Shown here: positions 29,607 through 38,699 of the stretch, one piece after another
Numbering within the stretch: position 1 is the stretch's first letter
Layout: each line of letters starts with the position of its first letter
Source of the DNA: an uncultured Alphaproteobacteria bacterium
GTDB lineage: Bacteria > Pseudomonadota > Alphaproteobacteria > Rhizobiales > Hyphomicrobiaceae
Reading direction: 5' to 3'
DNA length: 64,000 nt
Assembly (NCBI GenBank): GCA_963840425.1
Contig: CAWIYZ010000021.1
Location: 21,075-85,074, forward strand
The notes under the pieces: model-generated
Told to the model about the DNA's origin: nothing
Seen by the model: the letters and a program-made list of their open reading frames with translations, nothing else
Database searches by the model: none
Position numbers and translations under genes: made by a program

Positions 29607-29849
29607 ATGCCATCACGGCACTGGCCACGTAAAGGCGTTGCTTTGTTCATTAGTCGGTTCACACGGTGGGTGTGCGAGAGCTCCGCATTCACGATCGACG
29701 ATGAAGTCGCAGTCCCACTTTGTTTCGGCTTTGCTCGTTAACCATCACCTCGTCCCACCCGATGTCGCGCTCAGGTAAGCTTATCTTTGCTGAACCACAG
29801 ATGAATGCCATGGGGAGCCGGATAGTCGTTCTGATGTCGTGCAAGGTCT

Positions 29850-30281
29850 TCAACGGCGTCCGCGAAAGACGCCAAAGCGCATGGCCAGATAAGAGAAGAC
29901 CGCTGCCACGATTGAGGCCAGAACAAGCGCAGCTAGTGGCCATGTCTCGGGCCGCAAAAGCAAAATTGATGCGAACGTCCCGTAGTTTATGGCTGCTGCG
30001 GTCCACGCCATAGTCGCATAACGGGCAAATTCAGTAGCGGTCGGACGCGACTGCAGTGCAAAGGTCAAGGTGCGGTGGGAAAGCCAGCCCGCAACCATGG
30101 CTATGCCGATGGCGAGCAGCCTTGCCAGTAACGGATGGAGATGCAGCAGCCGGATGCCGGCCTCCAGGATAGCCCCATCGACCAGGAGGGCGATCAAGCC
30201 CGAGGCGATGAAGCCGCCCCAATGCGCGGCGACTGAGCGTCGCCCGTTGCCGTCGGCTGGAGCAACACCCTCGCCCGTCAT
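29850..30281 (-). CDS. GtrA family membrane protein (polyprenyl-phosphate sugar flippase-like)
   Basis: 143 aa with four predicted TM helices and GtrA-like spacing (GGFIASGLIALLVD ... WLSHRTLTF). The start lies 3 nt after the upstream stop. Confidence 0.7.
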   Translation of the reverse strand: MTGEGVAPADGNGRRSVAAHWGGFIASGLIALLVDGAILEAGIRLLHLHPLLARLLAIGIAMVAGWLSHRTLTFALQSRPTATEFARYATMAWTAAAINYGTFASILLLRPETWPLAALVLASIVAAVFSYLAMRFGVFRGRR

Positions 30282-30284
30282 GCC

Positions 30285-31166
30285 TCAGACTCGCTTCCAG
30301 TCGACGGGCGGACCATCCGTCTGGCGCTCCGGCCGCCACAGGAGGGAAGGCAGGGCCGCATAGCGCGCGATCGCGTCATACTCGTCCCCCCTCCGCGCGA
30401 GAATAGGATCGATCTCGCGTAGCGTGCCATCAACGTGGCCGGGGTGGCACATAATGAGGTGGCGCTCTGTTGTAGCCGACAATGCCGCAGTGAGCTCCCG
30501 CGTGTAGGACTTGCGGTGATCGAAGGAGGAAACTCCCGCAAAGCTCGTATTGATGATGAAGCCAAGCGCGTGTGCCGCACGGCCAAATCCGAAAGAGAGA
30601 AGGGCAATCAACAAGGACTTACCCACGGCTGAGTTGCGCGCGAAGACCTTCGACGGATCGTCCGCTGGATTGCGCACCAGCGGCAGTCGGTCGGGAAAGT
30701 AAGCGGCTAGTGCCGCAAGAACCCCGTCCCGCACTCTCGGCAGTGCATGGACATGTTGATGGCCATCGACATGATCCGGCGCAAAGCCAAGCTCGGTTTC
30801 GAAGCGCGCGAGCTGGCGCGTAACCTCAGCGGCGATCTCGTCGCCATGGACGCGGCGCGAGAGCGCCAGCGTGAGGAGCGTGCGGAGGCTGGGTAAGCGG
30901 CCGTCGGGGGCAACGGACGGCATCGGTCCAAGGGGGGCGCCGAACGTCAAATTGATGTGCAGACCAACGGCAATGCGGTCGCGGACTGCGCGCAGCCGCC
31001 GTGCGTCCTCAGGCCAACGGTCGAGAGTGACAATGGCGCTGGTCGCGGAAAGTCTCTCACGTCCGGCAAGCTCCAGAATCGCCTCCGAGATGCCCGCACC
31101 CATTGCATAGTCATCGGCGCAAAGAATGACCTGATGCCGGCCTTCGCGAGCAGGTGCCCCTGTCAC
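30285..31166 (-). CDS. ChbG/HpnK/YdjC family carbohydrate deacetylase
   Basis: ILCADDYAM (Asp pair) and HVDGHQHVH motifs. ATGA overlap with the upstream GT2 gene. Confidence 0.8.
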   Translation of the reverse strand: MTGAPAREGRHQVILCADDYAMGAGISEAILELAGRERLSATSAIVTLDRWPEDARRLRAVRDRIAVGLHINLTFGAPLGPMPSVAPDGRLPSLRTLLTLALSRRVHGDEIAAEVTRQLARFETELGFAPDHVDGHQHVHALPRVRDGVLAALAAYFPDRLPLVRNPADDPSKVFARNSAVGKSLLIALLSFGFGRAAHALGFIINTSFAGVSSFDHRKSYTRELTAALSATTERHLIMCHPGHVDGTLREIDPILARRGDEYDAIARYAALPSLLWRPERQTDGPPVDWKRV

Positions 31167-32221
31167 TGCTCGGCGCCCTTTGCGCTCGCCGATGGCTTGT
31201 CCAGGGTGGCGGCGGTCAGGTTGCCGACGGTCTCGGCCACGATGAACAGCGGTCGGCCCTTCACCTCCTCGTACACACGCCCGAGGTATTCACCGATGAC
31301 GCCCAGTGAAATGAGCTGCACGCCAGCGAAAAACATGACGGAGACGATGAGCGATGGAAAACCCGGAACGTCAATACCATAGAGAAGCGTCGTGACCAGA
31401 ACCACCAGCGAGTAGAGGAAGGCGCAGGCCGCCACCAGGAGTCCCAGGTAGGACCAGACGCGCAGCGGCATCGTTGTGAACGAGGCGAGGCCATCGAGGG
31501 CAAAATGCAACAGCTGGCGCGGGCGCCAGCGTGATTGCCCATCGCTGCGCATCTCCACATCATAGGGCACGCCGATCGACTTGAATCCGATCCAGGCATA
31601 GAGGCCCTTGTTGAAACGGGCGCGCTCGCCCATGCGGTTGAGGACATCTATCGCTTTGCGGTCGATCAAACGGAAATCTCCCGCACCGTCGGGCAGCTCC
31701 GTGCCAGAAACCGATCTGAAGACCTTGTAGAACGTGCGTGCCGCCCATCTATGGAGCGCCGTGTCGGTCTGCCGGTCCGTCCTCTGCCCATAAACGATGT
31801 CGAAGCCGTCATCCCATCGCGCTACAAACTCGGTGATCAGCTCAGGAGGGTGCTGCAGATCACCGTCCATCACCACCGCAGCATCGCCCGATGCGAATCT
31901 GAGACCCGCGGCTACGGCGACCTCCTTGCCGAAGTTGCGGCTGAGCGACACGGCCTTGAAGCGGGCGTCACGGTCATGCAAAGCGCGCAATGCGTAGAGC
32001 GTGGCGTCTGTGGAGCCGTCGTCGATGAAAATCACGTCCCAAGTCCGGCCGAGCGGCTCCAATGCGGCTCGCAATCGCTCCTCCAGTGCCGTCAGGCCGC
32101 CAGCCTCGTTGAGAACGGGGATCACGACGGTGAGGGATCGCTTCCCTGCCTTTGTTGTCGCCCCGTCATCACCATGACTCCCGGAATGGGTCTGCAGCAC
32201 GGTTAAGGCCTCCAGTTTCAT
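31163..32221 (-). CDS. Family 2 glycosyltransferase, polyprenyl-phosphate glycosyltransferase type (ArnC/GtrB/DPM1-like)
   Basis: ORF 31163-32329; ATG at 32221 (MKLEALTVLQ). Motifs VVIPVLNE, IFIDDGSTD and VVMDGDLQHPPE, followed by two C-terminal TM helices. Confidence 0.8.
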   Translation of the reverse strand: MKLEALTVLQTHSGSHGDDGATTKAGKRSLTVVIPVLNEAGGLTALEERLRAALEPLGRTWDVIFIDDGSTDATLYALRALHDRDARFKAVSLSRNFGKEVAVAAGLRFASGDAAVVMDGDLQHPPELITEFVARWDDGFDIVYGQRTDRQTDTALHRWAARTFYKVFRSVSGTELPDGAGDFRLIDRKAIDVLNRMGERARFNKGLYAWIGFKSIGVPYDVEMRSDGQSRWRPRQLLHFALDGLASFTTMPLRVWSYLGLLVAACAFLYSLVVLVTTLLYGIDVPGFPSLIVSVMFFAGVQLISLGVIGEYLGRVYEEVKGRPLFIVAETVGNLTAATLDKPSASAKGAEQ

Positions 32222-32360
32222 GTGCGCGTCATGTAGTGGATTTGAGCGCAATGCAGAAGCTCTGCCGGGCTTCGGGCAGAGGTCGAGGTGTAAGGCCCTC
32301 CACTGTGAGGTTCGGCTTCTTCCCGGCAATATGCATTTAGAATTGTTCTAACTATGCCGT

Positions 32361-33605
32361 CTAGCGATCAGCGCGCGCCACGGCTGCACGCAGCAGCACA
32401 TTTGCCGCCAGCGTCGCACTTTCCTGCGTCATGTCCTCGGCCTCATTGTGCGAGATGCCATCCTTGCAGGGCGCAAAGATCATGGCCGTCGGGCAGATCG
32501 ATGCCATGTTGTAGGCATCGTGTCCCGCTTCCGACCGCAGGTCCATCGTGGCGAGACCGAGCTGAGCGGCGGCCGCACGGACCAGCGCGATCAATTCCGC
32601 ATCGAATGCAATTCCACCGAATCCCCACCGCTCTGCGATCTGGACGCGACACCGGCCCCGCCGCGCGCAGTCGGGAAGCGCGGTGTCAACCTCCGACACC
32701 ATGCGCTCCAACATTCCCGGATCGGGATGGCGCATGTCGCAGAACAGGTTGGCGCGTTCGCTAATGATGCCCGGCAAGTTCGGCCAGAGGTCGAGACGAG
32801 CTGCCGTGGTCTTGCCCTCGCCCGCGGCATAGCGCCAGCCGATCTCGTCGATGGCAACGGCGACGTGTGCAGCTCCGACTAGCGCATTCCGTCGCCGCTC
32901 CATGGGTGTGGGCCCGACATGGGCAGTCTCGCCCGCGATCTCGATACGCATGCCGCGTGTGGGAAAGCCACCCGTGACGATCCCGATCGGTATACCGGCT
33001 GCGTCGAGCCGTGGCCCCTGCTCGATGTGCAGCTCGAAATAGGCGTCGATCTGGCGGCCGCCGACGGGCGCGCTGCCCGCGTAACCGATGCGCTCGAGTT
33101 CTTCGCCGAAGCGCAGCCCGTCCTTGTCCACGCGCGCGTTGGCCCATTCGGCTGTCTGCTGCCCAGCAAAGACTTGCGACGCCAGCATCGGTGGATAGAA
33201 CCGCGCGCCTTCCTCGTTGGTCCAGTTCACGACCTCGATGGCGCGCCGCGTAGCGATGCCTCTGTCCGTGAGCGTGCGCAGAACCTCGAGCCCGGCGAGC
33301 ACACCCAGGATGCCGTCGAAACGACCACCTGCAGCTTGTGTATCGAGATGACTGCCGATCAGCACTGGCGCCAGATCAGGATCAGTGCCGTCGCGGCGTG
33401 CAAACATGTTGCCGAGCTGGTCAACATTCGACGTAAAGCCGCTCTCCGCCGCCCATTGCGCAAGGAGATCGCGCATGCGCTTGTCGTCGTCGGTGAGCGT
33501 CAATCTCCGCAAGCCACCGTTGGGCCCGCGACCGATTTCGGCGGATGCCTCGATGCTGGCCCACAGGCGCTCGCCGTCGATCGATAGGTTGATTTGCACG
33601 CGCAC
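32361..33605 (-). CDS. M20-family Zn-dependent amidohydrolase (allantoate amidohydrolase / N-carbamoyl-L-amino-acid hydrolase type)
   Basis: IGSHLDTQAAGGRFDGILGVLAGLEV and the C-terminal SEAGHDA...ISHNEAE motifs are typical of the AmaB/AllC family. Confidence 0.85.
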   Translation of the reverse strand: MRVQINLSIDGERLWASIEASAEIGRGPNGGLRRLTLTDDDKRMRDLLAQWAAESGFTSNVDQLGNMFARRDGTDPDLAPVLIGSHLDTQAAGGRFDGILGVLAGLEVLRTLTDRGIATRRAIEVVNWTNEEGARFYPPMLASQVFAGQQTAEWANARVDKDGLRFGEELERIGYAGSAPVGGRQIDAYFELHIEQGPRLDAAGIPIGIVTGGFPTRGMRIEIAGETAHVGPTPMERRRNALVGAAHVAVAIDEIGWRYAAGEGKTTAARLDLWPNLPGIISERANLFCDMRHPDPGMLERMVSEVDTALPDCARRGRCRVQIAERWGFGGIAFDAELIALVRAAAAQLGLATMDLRSEAGHDAYNMASICPTAMIFAPCKDGISHNEAEDMTQESATLAANVLLRAAVARADR

Positions 33606-33623
33606 TCCCGCAGTTTCTCGATG

Positions 33624-35255
33624 TCAAAGGGTCAGATCTAGCATCCCGCGCCGCGCCAGCTCTCTGAGAATCTGCCCCACCAGCGCTTCTGGCGACGAGC
33701 CGCCACCGGCGAGACGCAACTCAGCGCGCTCCGGCGGCTCGTAGGGGCTGTCGATGCCTGTGAAGTTTTTGAGCTGGCCTGCGCGCGCCTTCCTGTAGAG
33801 ACCCTTGGGATCGCGTTGCTCGCAGACATCTATGGGCGTGTCGACATAGATCTCGAGAAACTCTCCAGGCGCAAACAGTGCGCGCGCCATGTCCCGCTCG
33901 GCGCGAAATGGCGAGATAAAAGACACCATAACGATGAGACCGGCATCCACGAACAGCTTGGACACTTCCGCGATGCGGCGAATGTTCTCCACGCGGTCCG
34001 CATCGGTGAAGCCGAGATCGCGGTTGAGCCCGTGTCGGACATTGTCGCCGTCGAGCGTATAGGTGTGGCGGCTCGCGGCATTGAGGCGCTTCTCCAGCAG
34101 ACTGGCCACCGTCGACTTGCCGCTGCCGGAAAGGCCGGTGAACCAAAGGCAGCACGGCCGCTGATCCTTGAGGGCGGCCCGCGCCGCCTTGTCGATCGCC
34201 AGCGCCTGCCAATGGATGTTGGTCGCGCGCCGCAGCGTGAACTGGATCTCACCGACGCCGAGAATATCACCCGTGCCAGGGTCCTCGATGGTGAAACGAT
34301 TGAGTCCGCCAGCAGTGGGGCGCCCTGGAACAGCCTGGTCGAAGATGAGGGGGGAGGCAAAGGACACGTTGCAAAGCCCGACGTCGCCACGCTCGAGCCG
34401 GCGGGCTGCAATCGGATTGAGATCGGTGGGATTGATCTTGTGTTTCAGCGCGCCGATCTGCGCGGTACTGGATTGGCCGGCGAGGCGAACGCGGTATGGG
34501 CGGCCGGGCAGGAGCGGGTGGTCGTCGAGCCAGACGATGTGGGCAGCAACTTGATCGGCGTGCTCCGGCCTGGCATCGGCCGCCGCCAGAACCTGACCGG
34601 GCTCGCAAGTGACTGGCGTGTTGAGATGAATAACTCGGTTCGCTCCGCCTTCGGGGCCCGCCTCGACACGCGCGACAACGGCTCGAGCCGCTTGAGGTAG
34701 GAGCACGACCTCAACGCCGGGCCTGGCGACGCCGGCAACGACGGCACCCGATACGGTAGTGTCTTCTACTTTGCTCGAGGCAATAGACAGGCGGAAGGGA
34801 TCGGCTGCATGGCGCTCGACGATACGCCGCTTGGCTTGGTCTAGAGCGCGCGGCAGATCATCTGCGCCAGCGATCACAGCAGGTTGGGCGGCGCCGAGGG
34901 TCTCGGTGTAGGCATCGACCGCCTGTTTGGCCTCCCCGTCTCCCGACGCCGCAACGACGACCGGCAACTCGCCGTGCAGGTGCCAGGCAAGCAGACAAAT
35001 GTGCTGAGCAGCCGGCGTGAAGCCGTCGCCAGCGATGGCGAGCACTGCGATGTCTCCGGCGGCAAGCGACTTGAGCAACTCGCCCGTCACGACTGGCGGA
35101 CCAGAAAACTCGGCCAGGACAATAGCGCCCTGGGCCTTCAACCGTTTGATGTCCAGACCAAGCGCCGCAGTCGTGCTGCCGACGAGCACAAGAGAAACGG
35201 CCGTTCGCCTCAGTTGCTCAGGATCTACCTGCCATCCCGCCTCGCTTGTACTCAC
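33624..35255 (-). CDS. cysC: Adenylyl-sulfate kinase fused to a degenerate CysN-like (EF-Tu fold) N-terminal region
   Basis: The C-terminal 190 aa are a canonical APS kinase ([31 protein letters not shown]). The preceding beta-barrel domains match CysN domains II/III (PFRLSI..., [23 protein letters not shown]...GVGEI). The G-domain region lacks the G1, G3 and G4 motifs. Confidence 0.8.
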   Translation of the reverse strand: MSTSEAGWQVDPEQLRRTAVSLVLVGSTTAALGLDIKRLKAQGAIVLAEFSGPPVVTGELLKSLAAGDIAVLAIAGDGFTPAAQHICLLAWHLHGELPVVVAASGDGEAKQAVDAYTETLGAAQPAVIAGADDLPRALDQAKRRIVERHAADPFRLSIASSKVEDTTVSGAVVAGVARPGVEVVLLPQAARAVVARVEAGPEGGANRVIHLNTPVTCEPGQVLAAADARPEHADQVAAHIVWLDDHPLLPGRPYRVRLAGQSSTAQIGALKHKINPTDLNPIAARRLERGDVGLCNVSFASPLIFDQAVPGRPTAGGLNRFTIEDPGTGDILGVGEIQFTLRRATNIHWQALAIDKAARAALKDQRPCCLWFTGLSGSGKSTVASLLEKRLNAASRHTYTLDGDNVRHGLNRDLGFTDADRVENIRRIAEVSKLFVDAGLIVMVSFISPFRAERDMARALFAPGEFLEIYVDTPIDVCEQRDPKGLYRKARAGQLKNFTGIDSPYEPPERAELRLAGGGSSPEALVGQILRELARRGMLDLTL

Positions 35256-35636
35256 CCGTCATCCCCTTTGCCCTGGTCCTGCCGCTCGCAATCCGGCTGC
35301 ATTAGGCATGTAGAAAGAAATCGGCAATGCGACCGTTTGAGGTTGTGTCGTAGCGGGTTGCCTGCCTCTCAGGTGGTGCCGGCATCTACAACCTCAGCTC
35401 GCCACTGGTCCCAAGCAAAATCGCAAGCCGCTGAGATTAGTGGGTTAGAGTGATTGGGCACCTCGCGGGGCGGTCCATTGGCGCCACGTCTCTGGAACAC
35501 AACGTACACAGATTGAAATCAGCTATTTCTATCAACGATCTACTATGTTGAAGCATTTGGACAATATTTGAGGGCGTTAACCTCAAGTTATCCAGTGGCC
35601 CATACCTTTACTCGGTCTTTTGATCGAGCACACATC

Positions 35637-36528
35637 ATGTTCAGCGGCGCCATTAGTGCGGGCAAGCCGAACACTCTTATGGGGGAGTATGCGCTTCGTC
35701 TTGGCGAGGCGGTGCTGCGCAATCGCACACGCGAGGCTGAGCAGCTCGCGAGCATAGAGGTGCAGCTGGCCAACAAGGTCAAGTCCGAGTTCATCGCCAA
35801 CATGAGCCATGAGCTCAGGACCCCCCTGAATACCATCATGGGGTTCTCGAAGCTGCTCGGAGAGCACGGGCGACGCCAGCTCACCGATCAGGACATCATG
35901 GACTACGCGCGGTTGATTTATGACGCAGCCGCTCACCTGCTGTCGGTAATCAACGACATTCTCGACATTTCGAAGATTTCAGAGCGGCAAGTACGCACTG
36001 GATGCACGTGAAGTGAGTCTCGACGAGGTCCTGAAAGCGTGCGTCGCCTCCTATCGGGCCGTAGCCGAGACCGCCGGCCTCAATCTCGAGTATCGGCAAG
36101 AGGATGGGCTTCCCGCCGTTCGCGGTGACGCGCAGAGATTGAAGCAGGCGTTCAACAATCTGATCGGGAATGCCGTCAGGTTCACCCGACCGGGTGGCGC
36201 CATTGTCGTCCAAGCGCGTCCGCTTGCGGACGGCGGCGCCGAGGTTCGTGTGCGCGACACCGGCGTCGGCATGGACGAGGAAGAGATTTGCGTTGCCCTC
36301 ACACCGTTTGGCCAGGTCGACGGTAGCCGCTCGCGCTGGCGCGAAGGCGCCGGCCTGGGCTTGCCGATCGCCAATGCTCTCATCGAGCTGCATGCCGGCG
36401 AGCTCGGGATCGAGAGCCGGAAGCTTCAAGGGACTGAGGTTGTGGTGACGCTGCCCCCGCCGCAGGTGCTGTCATTCATTCAGGATCGAAATCCGACGCG
36501 CGGGCGGCCTGCCGCCAGCCAGGGGTGA
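35637..36528 (+). pseudogene. Small cytoplasmic sensor histidine kinase (HisKA + HATPase_c), interrupted by a +1 frameshift
   Basis: ORF 35568-36011 carries the H-box (FIANMSHELRTPLNTIMGF). ORF 36013-36528 carries the N, G1 and G2 boxes (NLIGNAVRF, DTGVGM, GAGLGLPIA). The frames join as DISKI|QSGKYALDAREVSLDEV if one T of the TTT run at 35977-35979 is skipped. No TM or sensor domain is present. Confidence 0.7.
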
Positions 36529-36549
36529 TTGGCTCAGGAAAAAGGGATC

Positions 36550-38553
36550 ATGCAGGTGACAGGGCCCACGCCGAGATCGGATGACGCTTCGATCGGCCGC
36601 ATCGTGTCCGTGACGGGCTCGAGGGCCGTCCTCCTGCTCGACAATGCTCAGAACGGTGCTGCGCGCAGCTCCACGCAGCGACCCGAGATGGGCACGCTGC
36701 TCGCCATCGACACGGCCGGCACGGTTGCGCTCGCGATCGTGTCGGCACTCAGTGTTCCCGTGCCGGCTCAGCGCGAGGGCGAAGGCGAGATTTGGATCGC
36801 TGAGCTAGGCCTCGTCGGTGAGTTGTGGCGAGGCAAGGACGGCCAGCCATCCTCCTTCAATCGCGGCGTGACGTCGTATCCGGCGCTCGGTCATCGCGTT
36901 CGGGTCGCTTCGAATGCCGAGCTTGGCCTGGCCTTCTGCGATGACGACAAGCAGTCGGTCCGCGTCGGCAGCATTCGCCAGGATCCATCTATCCCTGCGA
37001 TGATCCGGGTCGACGAGTTGCTCGGCAAGCACTTTGCCATCCTCGGCACCACCGGTACCGGAAAGTCGTGCACGACTGCGCTGATTCTGCGCGCCATTCT
37101 CGAGAAGAATCCGGCCGCGCATCTCGTATTGCTCGACCCCCACAACGAGTATGCGACGGCCTTCACCGAATGGGCGGAGGTGCTGTCCCCGCGCAACCTG
37201 CAGTTGCCCTTCTGGCTGCTGACGTTCGAGGAGCTTTCCGAGGTCGTCATCGGTGATCCCGCGGACCGCAAGAGCGAGATTGAGACGCTTCAGGAGCTGA
37301 TCCCTATTGCCAAGAGCCGGTACAGCGCGGGCCGTGGCAAGGAGGCGCAGGCGTTGCGCGCGCGCATGCACGACGCCGGCCGCTACACCGTCGATACACC
37401 GGTGCCCTACCGCCTGTCGGACCTCATCTCGCTCATCGACGATCGCATGGGCAAGCTAGAGAACAAGCGTGACCTGGCGCCATACCGGAATCTCAAGACG
37501 CGCATCGAGACGCTCTCGGTGGACCCGCGCTACGCGTTCATGTTCGGCTCGCTGACTGTCAACGACGACATGGCCCAAGTGCTGGGCCGCCTCTTCCGCG
37601 TGCCTGTCAATGGCAAGCCGATCACGATCCTCGAGTTGACCGGTCTTCCGACCGAGATCGTCAATGTCGTGGTGGCCGTGCTCTGCCGCATGACATTCGA
37701 CTTCGCCCTGTGGAGCGAGGGCAAGATCCCGGTCACGCTGGTGTGCGAGGAGGCGCACCGCTATGTGCCGGCCAATCCGAACATGGGCTTCGAGCCGTGC
37801 AAGCGCGCCATCGCCAGGATTGCCAAGGAGGGCCGCAAGTACGGCGCATCGCTGTGCATCGTGACGCAGCGGCCGGCGGAAATCGATCCGACCATCCTGT
37901 CGCAGTGCAATACCGTGTTCGCATTGCGTATGTCGAACGATCGCGATCAGCAGATCGTCACCTCGGCGATCTCGGACACCGGCTCCGGGTTGTTGGAGTT
38001 CCTGTCCGCACTTGGCCAGCGCGAGGCCATAGCTTTCGGCGACGGTGTATCGCTGCCCGTGCGCATCCGTTTCGACGAGCTGCCGCATCATGCGATGCCG
38101 CGCAGCTCCACCGCGCGGTTCTCGGAGCGCTGGCAGAAGTCGCTGGGCGATGACGGGTTCCTCGAGCAGATCGTGGAGAAGTGGCGCCTGTCGTCGAGCG
38201 GCGCTGGTGGGGAAGCGGGGCAGCAGACGGCGATGTTTGCCGATGCCCTGAGTTTTCCTGATGTTCAACAGGGTGATGGTGGCGATGGTGCTTCGCCGCC
38301 AGCCTACGAGACCGAGCCCCTACGCTACCGGCAGATGTCCGAAACCGCGGCTGCCGGCGGTACCCCTGCTGAGCAGCCGCTATCGGTTGGGAGCATGCCG
38401 CGTCATGGGGCGGGCAACGCACGGCGGGAGCCGTCAGGTCCACGCCGCGACACGGCCGCACCGGTCGCCGGATCAGCTCAGACGTCGCCTCAGCCCGGCA
38501 GTGCCCTGCGCTCGCTGCGCGAGCGACTGACACAGCGGCCTCCTTCGCGGTAA
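36550..38553 (+). CDS. HerA-like (DUF87/FtsK-HerA superfamily) ATPase with a long low-complexity C-terminal tail
   Basis: ORF 36529-38553; ATG at 36550 is preceded by AAAGGGA. It has an N-terminal HAS-barrel-like segment (IGRIVSVTGSRAVLLLD), Walker A (ILGTTGTGKSCT), Walker B (VTLVCEEAHRY) and VTQRPAEID. The last ~120 aa are Pro/Ala/Gly/Ser/Arg-rich. Confidence 0.75.
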   Translation: MQVTGPTPRSDDASIGRIVSVTGSRAVLLLDNAQNGAARSSTQRPEMGTLLAIDTAGTVALAIVSALSVPVPAQREGEGEIWIAELGLVGELWRGKDGQPSSFNRGVTSYPALGHRVRVASNAELGLAFCDDDKQSVRVGSIRQDPSIPAMIRVDELLGKHFAILGTTGTGKSCTTALILRAILEKNPAAHLVLLDPHNEYATAFTEWAEVLSPRNLQLPFWLLTFEELSEVVIGDPADRKSEIETLQELIPIAKSRYSAGRGKEAQALRARMHDAGRYTVDTPVPYRLSDLISLIDDRMGKLENKRDLAPYRNLKTRIETLSVDPRYAFMFGSLTVNDDMAQVLGRLFRVPVNGKPITILELTGLPTEIVNVVVAVLCRMTFDFALWSEGKIPVTLVCEEAHRYVPANPNMGFEPCKRAIARIAKEGRKYGASLCIVTQRPAEIDPTILSQCNTVFALRMSNDRDQQIVTSAISDTGSGLLEFLSALGQREAIAFGDGVSLPVRIRFDELPHHAMPRSSTARFSERWQKSLGDDGFLEQIVEKWRLSSSGAGGEAGQQTAMFADALSFPDVQQGDGGDGASPPAYETEPLRYRQMSETAAAGGTPAEQPLSVGSMPRHGAGNARREPSGPRRDTAAPVAGSAQTSPQPGSALRSLRERLTQRPPSR

Positions 38554-38699
38554 GGAACACGCCGTGCGGCACGCTGTCTCGCTGGCTAAGACCTTAAGCA
38601 GCACAAGACCGTTTTCTTGAGCGCTATCGCGGATGACGATATTGGTTCTGTCATCTGGGTGAAGCCCGTTTCTGGTCCGATCCCGCTCAGAGTGGCAGT

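Noticed and set aside
29607-29849. FMN (RFN) or other riboswitch upstream of the GTP cyclohydrolase II gene.
   Set aside because: I read the minus strand and found none of the conserved RFN core segments or an obvious multi-stem junction. This should still be run through Rfam.
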